Source of the DNA: a virus
Lineage: Duplodnaviria > Caudoviricetes
Virus record (IMG/VR): IMGVR_UViG_3300031716_000009
Span: 1 to 58,610 of that record
DNA length: 58,610 nucleotides
Strand: one strand, 5' to 3'
Under the pieces are notes generated by a model that was not told where the DNA came from, did no database searches, and saw only the letters and a program-made list of their open reading frames with translations. The position numbers and the translations under genes are program-made. Every line of letters starts with the position of its first letter. Position 1 is the first letter of the stretch. Shown piece after piece: positions 27,626 to 36,802 of this stretch.

Positions 27626-28308
27626 GCGGTGCCATCCTTCATCTCATTCAAACTGAACTGATTGTCGGCGAGCACGCCCGCCCAGTGCAACCGATCGTCC
27701 CACAGCCGATCACCGTAGGCCACGCAGAACGGACTGCAGCTGACCGGGATGCCGGCCATCACGGCCATCACGCCGGCGGCGCTGGAGTGCGTCACGACGT
27801 GGTTGGCGCCGGCCAGGTCGGCAGCCAGCGTGGCCATGAGCGTGGGCTTATTGGCGTGCCACTCGCGCGTGCGCGTCTTGTGCTTGGCGCGCAGATACTT
27901 GCACAGCGCGTAGAACTGGCTCGCGTCCTCGGCCACGTAGTCCATGTGATCGGGTGACTGCTCCACGATCAGCGTGTAGCCCTTCGGGCGATCGACCAGC
28001 GGCTCGACCTCTGCGCCGACCAAGCCCCACAGCCGCTGCAGATCAGTCTCGTCATCGAGCCGAGCCGTGCACTGGAACGCGTTCTTCGTGACTCGGAACA
28101 TTGTGCCGCGGGTCTGGTCGTAGTAGCTATTGTCAATTGCGTAGAAATCCGCGCCGCTCCGTCGCATCGCGCGATAAGCTTCGGCGTTGCTGGCTTTTAC
28201 GCCGTAAAGCACGAAGCCTTTGGCTTCGCGCGGCGCGCCCGCGATGAACGCCTCGCAAAGCATCTTGCTCTTGGCCTTGCCCGGGACAGGAATCGCGATC
28301 AAGGCCAC
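27604..28308 (-). CDS. GT-B-like protein resembling capsule KpsS/KpsC domains
   Basis: IDNSYY; C-terminal VVTHSSAAGV.A...GIPV; QFSLNEM.DG. Confidence 0.6.
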   Translation of the reverse strand: MALIAIPVPGKAKSKMLCEAFIAGAPREAKGFVLYGVKASNAEAYRAMRRSGADFYAIDNSYYDQTRGTMFRVTKNAFQCTARLDDETDLQRLWGLVGAEVEPLVDRPKGYTLIVEQSPDHMDYVAEDASQFYALCKYLRAKHKTRTREWHANKPTLMATLAADLAGANHVVTHSSAAGVMAVMAGIPVSCSPFCVAYGDRLWDDRLHWAGVLADNQFSLNEMKDGTAWQQVNR

Positions 28309-29060
28309 GTCGGCCCCCAGTTCTCTTCTCGCATCCGAGCGAAAGGCTCGCCAGCAGCGATCTCGGAAACCGCCCACTGTGCGTGGGCCATGCGGTGCAG
28401 CGCGATGCGCTTTTCCTCGTCGGAGACGAGCCCAGCGCCGCCCTCGCAGATCCAGCGCGGCGCGCTGTAGGTGACGACCAGGCCCATCGTGAGCGCGAGC
28501 ACGCCGCACGCCGAACTCCAGATCATGCACGTGTCGGCGCGCGCCAAGTCGTCAGCAATCGCCACCCTGGGCTTGGTCACGCCCGGGTGCACGCGCAGAC
28601 GGCCGTTGCACGAGCGCGCGGTGCGCTCGCCCCAGCCCGGCGGGCTGCGCATGAGCGACGAGCCGATGCCGCGCTGTCCGATCACGATGGTGCCCTGGCC
28701 GCCGAAGTGTCGGCGCTCGTGGATCGGAAAGCCCAGGCGGCTGAACCGGTCCTCGCGCGGATCCCACGGGAACCAGCCACTGCCATTGTGCCCGTGCGTC
28801 GAGATGGCATAGTGCGTCTTGTCGACCTTTTGCAGATAACCGTTTTCCGTCGTGATGAACGTGCCTCCGCATCGTTCGAACCACAGTGCGTCCTGCTCCT
28901 CGGAGCCGGCCTTCACGTTCCACGCGATGTACAGGTCGTCGCGCGACTCCGGTCGGAACAGCCGCGACTCGAATGTATAGCCGAGACGTTTGAGGCCTTG
29001 CTCGAAGGCGTCGCGCCGGTAGAACGGCTCCGGCCGGATCTTCAGGTAGGCGCGCGGCAT
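28299..29060 (-). CDS. Second GT-B-like (KpsS/KpsC-like) protein
   Basis: ENGY, RVHPG, IWSSACGVLAL..G, AQW...EI..G; paralog-like to the neighbour. Confidence 0.6.
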   Translation of the reverse strand: MPRAYLKIRPEPFYRRDAFEQGLKRLGYTFESRLFRPESRDDLYIAWNVKAGSEEQDALWFERCGGTFITTENGYLQKVDKTHYAISTHGHNGSGWFPWDPREDRFSRLGFPIHERRHFGGQGTIVIGQRGIGSSLMRSPPGWGERTARSCNGRLRVHPGVTKPRVAIADDLARADTCMIWSSACGVLALTMGLVVTYSAPRWICEGGAGLVSDEEKRIALHRMAHAQWAVSEIAAGEPFARMREENWGPTWP

Positions 29061-29668
29061 GCGAGTTCCTCCTCGAGATCGCCGCACCGGAAGCACGTGA
29101 GCGCCGTCTCGATGCTGCAGTTGACAACGTCGCATCCCGCGGCCCGAAGATCGTCGGCCAGGGCGTTTGCTTTATGCAGCCACTCCCCGAACTGCGAGAC
29201 TTGCAGCAGCGGCTTGGGGTGCTCGTCGTGCCAGTGGCGCCGACCATCCGGCGCGGCCTTCATGTCGAACCCGATCAGGACGATCTTGCGCGCGCCGAAC
29301 AGGAACGCCAGATTCACGGCCTGCGCGCCCGAGTTGCCGTTCATGGCCACACCGCGGCGGCCCAGGCCCTCTTGCGTCAGGCCCTGGACGTAGCTGGCCT
29401 GGTGCTGCTCGGCACCCAGACGTGAGCACGTCCACAGCTCGAGCCGCATCTTGTGCACGTCCGCGGCGTAGTACTTCACCGCCTGGTAGTCGCCCATGTA
29501 GACCAGATCCACCCAGGCGCCCTGCGCGCGCCGGTACGATGCGTTGACCGCGATCGTGCGCACGTGCGGCTGCATCGTGGCCAGGCATTGCGCTTCGGTC
29601 AGCGACGGGCCGCTGGCGGCGATGACCGCCGTGCAACCCGTCCAGTCCAGGAGCTTTGCTGCGTCCAT
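29042..29668 (-). CDS. DUF115 / Maf / MptE-like protein (putative CMP-sugar transferase)
   Basis: IAASGPSL, IAVN, NSGAQAVNLA...GA.KIVLIGFDM, HWH, VVNCS. Confidence 0.75.
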   Translation of the reverse strand: MDAAKLLDWTGCTAVIAASGPSLTEAQCLATMQPHVRTIAVNASYRRAQGAWVDLVYMGDYQAVKYYAADVHKMRLELWTCSRLGAEQHQASYVQGLTQEGLGRRGVAMNGNSGAQAVNLAFLFGARKIVLIGFDMKAAPDGRRHWHDEHPKPLLQVSQFGEWLHKANALADDLRAAGCDVVNCSIETALTCFRCGDLEEELACRAPT

Positions 29669-30033
29669 CACCCGGCGTAGAAGCGGCGCAGAGTGCACTG
29701 GTCGCACGGGCAGTTCACGGGTGTCAGCGGGCTGCCGACAGTCGACGCGAAGCCGATCATGCCGGTACCTTGGATACCGACCATGCCCTGGACGAACTTC
29801 TCGAGCACCGGGTTCCGCGGCTCGTCGGCCAGCATCATCGCCGTGTCGACGGCAACGAATTCCGGCTCCGGCAGGCATGTGCGCATCTGCCCCAGGCCGT
29901 TGATCTGGACCTGCGAGTTGCCCTCGACGGGCTTCCACAGGTTCATCGGATGGACGGGCGCCGGCGGCACCGGAACCTCGGCCTTGAGGCCCGGCATCGG
30001 CCCTAAGGGCATCGCAAACAGCATGTCTCGCAT
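29668..30033 (-). CDS. Pro-rich hypothetical protein with C-terminal CxCxxC
   Basis: SD AGGAGAG; first gene after the promoter at 30059-30094. Confidence 0.55.
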   Translation of the reverse strand: MRDMLFAMPLGPMPGLKAEVPVPPAPVHPMNLWKPVEGNSQVQINGLGQMRTCLPEPEFVAVDTAMMLADEPRNPVLEKFVQGMVGIQGTGMIGFASTVGSPLTPVNCPCDQCTLRRFYAG

Positions 30034-30058
30034 GATCGTCTCTCCTTCGGGTGACGTT

Positions 30059-30094
30059 GGTACCACATGGTACCGCCGGCCGCTGGGCTGTCAA
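30059..30094 (-). promoter_or_regulatory. Sigma70-like promoter TTGACA-16-TACCAT overlapped by operator palindrome GGTACCA-CA-TGGTACC
   Basis: Read directly; same palindrome at 41636-41649. Confidence 0.7.
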
Positions 30095-30531
30095 CGCTTT
30101 TCTTTCGCGTAATCTAGAAGTTGCCGTAGTCGCTCAGGCCCTTCGTCTATCACGCCCATGGCGATATTGCACTTCGAACACAGTAAGCCTCGCACGGCGC
30201 CGGTTCGGTGATCGTGGTCTGTATGGAACCTGCGTGCACCTGGTTCGCAACGGCATATCGCGCACTGACCCCCTTGCGCAGCGAGAATGGCCTCGAAATC
30301 GGTAGTCGAGATCCCGTACCTATGCCGTAATACACGATCTCGCCGAACGGCTTTGAAGTCTGCAGCGGCAGTAGTACCAGCTTGAATCTTCTTTTGCCAC
30401 GCCTTGCGCGCACGTTCGAGCGCCCGTGCGTAGTACTCCGGATTGGTCTCGCACAGGTGCCGGTGATAGCACGCCCCGCAGAGTCCACGGGCCTTCGCTA
30501 CGCGTTCAGGGTGTCTTGCGCACGTCGCCAT
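30091..30531 (-). CDS. Endonuclease VII-family (His-Me) homing-type nuclease
   Basis: RYGI...F......Q.G.CAIC, DHDH.TG.VRGLLC..CN. Confidence 0.85.
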   Translation of the reverse strand: MATCARHPERVAKARGLCGACYHRHLCETNPEYYARALERARKAWQKKIQAGTTAAADFKAVRRDRVLRHRYGISTTDFEAILAAQGGQCAICRCEPGARRFHTDHDHRTGAVRGLLCSKCNIAMGVIDEGPERLRQLLDYAKEKR

Positions 30532-31189
30532 GTCGAAGTTGCAGTTCAAGAGATGCGAGCACGTTCCACGCCACCTGCGCGAGATGCAGACACTCGGTAC
30601 CACCAGGCCCGTCGTCTACGACGTTACCCTTGCCGATCTCGAGAAGATGTCGCGCCGCGGCTTCGAGGTATCGCGATTCGCCATCCGGGACTTCCATCCA
30701 GCTGTTCGGCGCGTACTTCTCGGCGCCCTTGGTCGTGACCAGCGCCACCTGTTCCAGGGCCTGGGAGAAGCCCGAGACGCACAGCCAGACGCGCGTCTTG
30801 CCAGCGTCGAGCTTGGCACCCGCGTCGTGCGCGCCGCGACCTGTCGGATCGGCTTCGATGGATTTCGACACGTTGTTGATGGCGCAAGGCTGGCTCTCGG
30901 GGACGTGACCCATTGCGTTCTCCTGTACCGGCATCGGACCCCAATCCGCGCACCACACGCCACGACACTGCGGATCCGCTTCGACGTCGTTGTAAGCGCG
31001 ACGTTGGCCATTCCACGGATTGAACTGCCAGCCGCCAGCGTAGAAGCGATCGCGGCGCAGCACCTCGACAGGTGCAGGTTCGTGCAGCACGCTCCCGTTG
31101 GTTGGACTGAATCCGCAGCGCGGCTGCGTTGCCGGGAGCGGGAGGACCTGGCCTGTAGGCGCTACGCGTCCAGAAATCTCGATCATCAC
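30506..31189 (-). CDS. dATP/dGTP diphosphohydrolase domain protein (DUF5664) with an extra N-terminal domain
   Basis: GAK.DAGK, GAEKY..NSW, RY..AA.RH, HLAQVAWN. Confidence 0.8.
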   Translation of the reverse strand: MMIEISGRVAPTGQVLPLPATQPRCGFSPTNGSVLHEPAPVEVLRRDRFYAGGWQFNPWNGQRRAYNDVEADPQCRGVWCADWGPMPVQENAMGHVPESQPCAINNVSKSIEADPTGRGAHDAGAKLDAGKTRVWLCVSGFSQALEQVALVTTKGAEKYAPNSWMEVPDGESRYLEAAARHLLEIGKGNVVDDGPGGTECLHLAQVAWNVLASLELQLRHGDVRKTP

Positions 31190-32589
31190 ATCTTCCTTTT
31201 CATGGCCTCGAGCAGGATGTCCTGCACCGAGCGCTTGGTGGCGTGCCTTTGCAGCACGAGTTCGTCGACCGTGTCCTTGGCGACGATGTCGTAGATGAAG
31301 AATGGGTCGGTCTTGCCGGCCTGCATCTGGCGCACGGGGCCGACGCGCGCGATGAACTGCTCGCGCTGGTCATAGTCCCACCAGTGCCCCCAGAAGCACG
31401 CGATCCGGCAGTGCGCCTGCAGACCGTCGACGCCGTGGCCCATGCTAGCCGGGTGGCCGAAGCCGACCTCGGCGTCACCGGCCATGAAGCGCGCCATGCC
31501 CTCGCGAGTGGACAGGTCAGCGCCTTTGGGAAAGGCCTTGAGCAGACGCGCCAAGTCGTGCTTGAAGTGGTAAGCCGTCAGCACCGGCTCGCCACAGGCC
31601 TCGGCCAGGATCGAGCGCAGGGCCTCGATCTTCTCGTCGTGGGTCTCGATCCACGACGCGTTGTCCTCGCCCACGTAGGCCGCGCCGTTGGCCAGCTGCA
31701 GGCACTTGATCGTCTTGCCAGCCGCAGCGAACGCCTCGACCTCGTTGCCCTCCAGCTCGGTGAACATGTCGCGCTCCATCTCGCGATAGCGCGCCCAGGC
31801 CTCGCCCCGGAGCTCGACCTCCACGCGCCGGCAGATCGGCTCGTCCAGGTCGAACCAGTCCTTGGGGTCGATGGTCAGGCAGATGTCCTTGAGCAGCGCC
31901 TCGATCTCGGCTTGCGAGTGGTCGAAAATGACCGTCTGGATGTTGGTCTTGTGCGCGTCGATCGCGTCGCGCACCCGGCGATAGCCGAACCAACGCTCCT
32001 CGAACGCGGAGTAGGTGCGCCCCAGGCGCTTGCCCTGGTCCAGGAACCAGGTCTGGCCCCACAGGTCCTTGAGGCCGTTGGGCGCCGGCGCGCCGGTCAG
32101 GTTGACCCAGCGGCGCACCTTGGTGAAGGCGACCTGCGACAGGGCTTGCGTGCGCTTGCCGCCCTGCTTGGGGCGGTAGTTCTTGAGCCGGATCGCCTCG
32201 TCGGCGATCACGTTGCGGAACGGCCAGTTGTCGCCGAGATGATCGACGAGCCACGGCAGGTTGTCGTAGTTCATCGTGTAGATGTCGGCCTTGTCGTTGC
32301 GCAGCGCCACGATGCGCTCGCTGGCGGTGCCGATGACCGGCTGCACTTTCAGGTGCTCGAAGTTCTCCCACTTCCTGACCTCGGCCGGCCAGACATCGCG
32401 CGCGACGCGCAGCGGCCCGAGCACGAGCGTCGGGCCAGGCTCACCGGCCATGTCGAGACCGGCCAGCAGCGCCAGCGTGCCCGAGGTCTTGCCCAGGCCC
32501 ATGCCGGCCCAGACCGCGTTGCGCGGGTGGTCGAGCATGTGGCCCACCATCATCGGGTGGTAGTCACGGGGCGTCCAGACGCGGCTCAC
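31186..32589 (-). CDS. SNF2-like DNA helicase
   Basis: GMGLGKT, VIADEA, LTGAPAPNGL.DLW.Q, HPAS.GHG..GLQ, R.G..RQ. Confidence 0.9.
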   Translation of the reverse strand: MSRVWTPRDYHPMMVGHMLDHPRNAVWAGMGLGKTSGTLALLAGLDMAGEPGPTLVLGPLRVARDVWPAEVRKWENFEHLKVQPVIGTASERIVALRNDKADIYTMNYDNLPWLVDHLGDNWPFRNVIADEAIRLKNYRPKQGGKRTQALSQVAFTKVRRWVNLTGAPAPNGLKDLWGQTWFLDQGKRLGRTYSAFEERWFGYRRVRDAIDAHKTNIQTVIFDHSQAEIEALLKDICLTIDPKDWFDLDEPICRRVEVELRGEAWARYREMERDMFTELEGNEVEAFAAAGKTIKCLQLANGAAYVGEDNASWIETHDEKIEALRSILAEACGEPVLTAYHFKHDLARLLKAFPKGADLSTREGMARFMAGDAEVGFGHPASMGHGVDGLQAHCRIACFWGHWWDYDQREQFIARVGPVRQMQAGKTDPFFIYDIVAKDTVDELVLQRHATKRSVQDILLEAMKRKM

Positions 32590-32873
32590 AGCACGTAGCC
32601 CTCCAGCACGTCGTCGACGTCCTCGATCGATTCCAGCACGTGCACGATCAGACCGGCGGCGCGCATACGCTCGTGCTCGCGCCACTGCGCGCGCTCGTGC
32701 GCGTCGCGAGGGAACTTGCCCGGCAGGTCGTCGCGCTTGATCTCGGCGAAAAACGCCGGGTTCAGCAGCACCAGCCGGTCGGGCGCCTTGGCGCGGCCGA
32801 TCCACGCAACCTTGCGGATACGCTTCTCGCCCACGCGCTCGACGAGATGGCCCTCGATCTTGTTCTCACGCAT
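32586..32873 (-). CDS. VRR-NUC nuclease
   Basis: MRE..IE..L, APDRLVL, FAEIK, Q.REH..M. Confidence 0.8.
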   Translation of the reverse strand: MRENKIEGHLVERVGEKRIRKVAWIGRAKAPDRLVLLNPAFFAEIKRDDLPGKFPRDAHERAQWREHERMRAAGLIVHVLESIEDVDDVLEGYVL

Positions 32874-33243
32874 CGGTCTGCCGCTCCTGGTAGGCCCTGA
32901 GCTCAGTGAGTGCCGTTTCCAGACCCGAAATCAGACTATCGAGGCTGGATTGCTTGCGCGCCATCGTCATCGCGACACGGTTACCGCCGGCCACGTAAGC
33001 GACCTCCATGTTGTAGATTGTGAACGCGCGGCCTGGAGCGTAGGGGTCGGCGTAGGCTCGCGGCACCCAGCGTTGGAAGTTGTCACCTTCCTCTGGGTGC
33101 TTGGCGAATTCGATTTCGCGAATCCGATTTTCCAGTTCAATGAACTTGCCGACGAGTCCGTCTCTCAGACTCACGGCAAGCCGGCTGTCGCCGTTGCAGC
33201 GAGCCGTGGCGAAGGCCTCTAGGTCCATCCAGGTGATCGTCAT
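32866..33243 (-). CDS. Hypothetical protein
   Basis: 125-aa ORF filling the gap between pol and VRR-NUC. Confidence 0.6.
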   Translation of the reverse strand: MTITWMDLEAFATARCNGDSRLAVSLRDGLVGKFIELENRIREIEFAKHPEEGDNFQRWVPRAYADPYAPGRAFTIYNMEVAYVAGGNRVAMTMARKQSSLDSLISGLETALTELRAYQERQTDA

Positions 33244-33246
33244 GGC

Positions 33247-35529
33247 TCAATCGTCCTTCCTGTAGCGATAGGTCTCGAACCCTGCCGCGGCGAGCGGCAA
33301 GCCGTCGTTCCAGTCCAGTGGACTCACCATGATCTCAGCGAGACGTTGCGAGCTGAAACGGTCATCGTCAGGCGTCTCGCACACCCATTCGTCATGGACA
33401 TCAAATCCACCGATGTCCAGGTAACCCTCGGCGTCCAGCATGGGCAGCACCTCCATGAACTGGTCACACGCTGCGGCCTGGACAACGTTCTCGAAGATCT
33501 TGCCGCCGTAGGTGCGGACTTCCCCCCAAGCTCTCGAATACTGGTTTTGCCCTGTGTAGGCGATGCTGCCGTCCTTGGTCAGGTGGATGCCGGGGTAGCA
33601 CAGCGCGCGGCCCGATGGCAGGCCGATGCGCAGCCACGAGCCATCGCGGCGGATCTTGAGCTTGCGCGCACGGAACGTGACGCCCAGGTTGGCGATGGCC
33701 TCGCGGATCGTCTCTTCCAGCTCGGGCCAGTAGCTCGAGATGCGCGGGTGCGCGGCGCGCCACAGGCGCTTGAGCGAATCGCAAACCACGAACACCTTTT
33801 CGGACAGGCCGAACCGGGCCTTGACCTTGGCGGTCTCGCGCGAGGCCTCGATCGTGGCCAGCCGCTGAGCGTCGCCCGCGGCCTTGCGCGCCATCATGTC
33901 GTGCTTCTCGTCGACCAGGCTGTACTGCCAGTCCAGGAAGCCGCGCGCGGCCTCCAGCACCTCGGGGTCGATCGTGTCGTGCACGGCGTCGGCCATGGCC
34001 ACCAGGTCGATGCCGTAGGTCGCGGCTCCCGTGATCCAGGCACCGACACCGCCGCCGTACTGGAACATCAGCTCCTCGACCTTACCGATCTGGCGCTGCA
34101 GGTAGTACTCGTGCGGGTCGTCGGAGAGCCGGTCGACGTTGAACGAGGCCATGTAGGCGCGCACGTACAGGTCCAGGCCCTTGCGCTTGGGCTTGCCCTT
34201 TTTGTCGACCTCGCCCGGGATGATCGTGTCGAAGTCGCGAAAGGCCTGGATCTTCCAGTCCTCGCCGGCCAGCCACGCGGCCATGCGGCCCTCGATGTTG
34301 GACAGGTCGGCGATGCACAGCTTGTTGCCTTCGCTCGCCACGATCACGCCGCGCACCGAGGACGCGAGCATCTCCATCTCGTTTTCGACCACGAGATCGA
34401 GGCACCCGGCCTTGATCGCCGCGATGCCCTGCTCGATGAACTTCCACGAGTAAGCCGGCCGCGGCATATTGCCGTACTGCATGGCGCGGTGGCCGGTGCG
34501 GCCGGTGCGGCCCGCGCCGCGGAACTGCGAGCCGCCGCGGAACCGTCCGTCGGCGCTGACGATGCGCAGCGCGGTCTTGTACTTGGTGGCCGAGTTCATC
34601 GACGCGCGCAGGCGGATGCGCAGCAGCTCCTTGACCGTGTCGGGCAGCTCAGGATCCTCGAGCCGGCGCTCCAGGGTGTCGGCTCGCATGTCGGGCAGCT
34701 CTACGCCGTGGGACTCGAGGATCCACTTGAGCAGCAGGTCGCGCTGGGTCGTCGAGCCCACGCCGCCGTCGGTCAGTTCCACGGTGCGCTTGGCCATGTC
34801 GCGCTTTGCCTTGTCCGCGGCCTCGATGGCCTTGGCCGCGAGCTCCTGGTCGATGCGCACGCCGCCGTAGTTCATCTTCAGGTGCAGGTGCCACAGCTCG
34901 ACCTGCTTGCCGGTTTTGTAGTTCCAGGTCGGCATCTTGCGGTGCGCCGCGCGCATCGTGGTGATGTCGCGCGCCGCGTAGACGATGAAGCGCTGCCACT
35001 CAGCCGGGTGCGACTTCTTGTCGTTGTAGGTGCCGTCGGCCTTGGGAATGCAGAACAGGCGGATCAGCTTCTTGCCCTCGTCGAGCTTGCGGTCGCCGTC
35101 GACCAGCTTCAGGATCTCGCCGAGCTTGTCCAGTGCGCCAGGCAGCGAGTGCGCATAGGCCTGGACCATCGTGTCGCGGCGGCGGTGCATCGGAATTGAC
35201 TGGCCGACAACGGGCAGCGTCTTGTCGATGACGACGAAGTCGAACATGCCGCCGTTGTGGAACCAGACCAGGCACTCGTCATCGTTGATGAAGTGACACA
35301 GGTGCCCCGGCATGGCTTGGTGGTTCAACGGAACCTCGACCCACGAGTCGGAGAGCTCGTCCAGGTAGTTGTCGGTACGGTTGAGCCTGTCCCAGACTCG
35401 CGGCTCGCCCTCGTCGCCTGCGTAGGCCCAAAGCATGATCTCGGCTTTCTCGGCGTAGGCATGCGAGCCGTTGGTGATCGGCACCGGGGACCGGGTCTCC
35501 AGGTCGTGGAACGAGTTGCGTTCGGTCAT
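33247..35529 (-). CDS. polA: Family A DNA polymerase with 3'-5' exonuclease
   Basis: Exo DLET / HN..FD / Y...D; motif A ADLSNIEGR, motif B RQIGKVEELMFQYG, motif C VHDE. Confidence 0.93.
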   Translation of the reverse strand: MTERNSFHDLETRSPVPITNGSHAYAEKAEIMLWAYAGDEGEPRVWDRLNRTDNYLDELSDSWVEVPLNHQAMPGHLCHFINDDECLVWFHNGGMFDFVVIDKTLPVVGQSIPMHRRRDTMVQAYAHSLPGALDKLGEILKLVDGDRKLDEGKKLIRLFCIPKADGTYNDKKSHPAEWQRFIVYAARDITTMRAAHRKMPTWNYKTGKQVELWHLHLKMNYGGVRIDQELAAKAIEAADKAKRDMAKRTVELTDGGVGSTTQRDLLLKWILESHGVELPDMRADTLERRLEDPELPDTVKELLRIRLRASMNSATKYKTALRIVSADGRFRGGSQFRGAGRTGRTGHRAMQYGNMPRPAYSWKFIEQGIAAIKAGCLDLVVENEMEMLASSVRGVIVASEGNKLCIADLSNIEGRMAAWLAGEDWKIQAFRDFDTIIPGEVDKKGKPKRKGLDLYVRAYMASFNVDRLSDDPHEYYLQRQIGKVEELMFQYGGGVGAWITGAATYGIDLVAMADAVHDTIDPEVLEAARGFLDWQYSLVDEKHDMMARKAAGDAQRLATIEASRETAKVKARFGLSEKVFVVCDSLKRLWRAAHPRISSYWPELEETIREAIANLGVTFRARKLKIRRDGSWLRIGLPSGRALCYPGIHLTKDGSIAYTGQNQYSRAWGEVRTYGGKIFENVVQAAACDQFMEVLPMLDAEGYLDIGGFDVHDEWVCETPDDDRFSSQRLAEIMVSPLDWNDGLPLAAAGFETYRYRKDD

Positions 35530-35783
35530 GCCGGAGTGACCTCGTCGGTCGCCGTGTTGACGACGTACAGCGGAGCATCGCGACCCGAGTCGTAAAACGT
35601 GACGATGTGGCGCAGCTTGCGTAGCCGGCTGCAATCAGCGAACCAGTCAGGCATGTCGAGCGCCTTGGTTACTGCCTTGTCGGCCGCGTCCATCTCGGGC
35701 AGATGGTGCATCTCCGAACGAGGCCACAGGCTCACGTAGAGCTTCGCGTACTCACGCAGCACTGGATAGAGCTTGTCGTTCAT
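35526..35783 (-). CDS. Hypothetical protein (85 aa)
   Basis: ATGA overlaps on both sides. Confidence 0.6.
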   Translation of the reverse strand: MNDKLYPVLREYAKLYVSLWPRSEMHHLPEMDAADKAVTKALDMPDWFADCSRLRKLRHIVTFYDSGRDAPLYVVNTATDEVTPA

Positions 35784-35989
35784 TTCAGCCACCCGTCCTC
35801 GAAAGCCTTGGCCGCGAGCTCCGCGCACTGCGCAGCCACCGTGTAATGCTCCGCGCGCTGCGGCTCGCAGTCGGCGGCCAGCAGGCGCAGGCCCTCGGCC
35901 GATGTCTGCAGCTCCTGCAGCACGCGGCGGTCGCGCCAGTAGCGCTGGTGCGCCACGCGCTCGGTGTGCCTGTCGGGGATACGTCTCAC
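35780..35989 (-). CDS. Hypothetical protein (69 aa)
   Basis: Overlapping start/stop with neighbours. Confidence 0.55.
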   Translation of the reverse strand: MRRIPDRHTERVAHQRYWRDRRVLQELQTSAEGLRLLAADCEPQRAEHYTVAAQCAELAAKAFEDGWLK

Positions 35990-36465
35990 AGCAGCCCCGG
36001 GTTCGCAATCCAGCTGGTGTTGTCGCGAGGTGGCGCCAGCGTCTTGATCAGCTCGGGGATCGACGTCACGATCTTGTCGGCCTCCAGATACATCAGCTCA
36101 GGCGTGTCCAGCAGTTGCCACAGGATGATCGTGCGCTTGCCCTTGCCGCACGCCCATCCGAGTTCCAGGTGCGCCGACTTGCCGCACGGCAGGACCATGA
36201 CGAACGTGTCGGCCCACTCCATCGCGCCGTGGTCAGCCGCGAAGCCTTCCTTGGCGCGTGGGTGCTCGAGCGCCGTGATCAGTTCCTCGGCTTTGACGAC
36301 CTGGCGGTTGCCCATGTCGAGCGCGACCTGTTCCCAGCCGAACCCGGCCTTGTTCGGCGGGTTGCGGAAGTCGTAGACCTGGTGACCGTGCTGACGCAAC
36401 GCGTCGACGACGGCCGGTTGCCACTGGTTGCGCCAGCTGCTGGCGACGTAGATCTTGGCCATCAC
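35986..36465 (-). CDS. Nucleoside 2-deoxyribosyltransferase / N-glycosidase-like protein
   Basis: KIYVASSWRN, D...M.WAD, PCGKSAHLELGWA. Confidence 0.7.
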   Translation of the reverse strand: MMAKIYVASSWRNQWQPAVVDALRQHGHQVYDFRNPPNKAGFGWEQVALDMGNRQVVKAEELITALEHPRAKEGFAADHGAMEWADTFVMVLPCGKSAHLELGWACGKGKRTIILWQLLDTPELMYLEADKIVTSIPELIKTLAPPRDNTSWIANPGLL

Positions 36466-36653
36466 ACGCCCCTGCCGTTGGCTTTGCAGGCGGCCAAGAA
36501 CGTACGCACGGCGCCCTCATAGACGTGGCGGCACGCCGGGTAGTCGTCATCGACGACGGCCGGCAAGTTGCGGTACGCCTTCACGAGCGCGTTGAGCGCG
36601 TCGAACTCATCGCTCTGCGGCTTCATGCGCGCAAGGAAGTCATCGATGTCCAT
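36462..36653 (-). CDS. Hypothetical protein (63 aa)
   Basis: SD GAAAGGA; VVDDDYP motif. Confidence 0.6.
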   Translation of the reverse strand: MDIDDFLARMKPQSDEFDALNALVKAYRNLPAVVDDDYPACRHVYEGAVRTFLAACKANGRGV

Positions 36654-36690
36654 AGCGTTTCCTTTCGAGTAAAGACTCTTCACAATTCAA

Positions 36691-36793
36691 AGGTGGGAGG
36701 CGGCCGGAATCGAACCGGCCTTCGGGGCATGGGATGCCTACCCCGCTTTCGCGTCTCGGACTTCCCCGGGCCGACCACCGGCCCACGCCTCCC
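36691..36793 (-). ncRNA. tRNA-like RNA (8/5 acceptor/T, 6-bp D arm) with no canonical anticodon arm
   Basis: GGGAGGCG/CGCCTCCC-A-CCT; D arm GGGCCG-GTGGT-CGGCCC; T arm GCCGG-TTCGATT-CCGGC; intergenic. Confidence 0.7.
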
Positions 36794-36802
36794 TGGTGGA
36801 AC

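Noticed and set aside
30506-31189. Z-genome (2-aminoadenine) pathway
   Set aside because: No PurZ-like gene visible; DUF5664 alone is insufficient
36755-36770. RNase P RNA-like GGGGAAGTCCG on minus strand
   Set aside because: Element far too short and no matching 3' P4 strand
36691-36793. Functional tRNA-Ser(CGA) or tRNA-Sec
   Set aside because: TCCGAGA could be a loop but the flanks do not form an anticodon stem, and there is no TCA anticodon; kept as tRNA-like only
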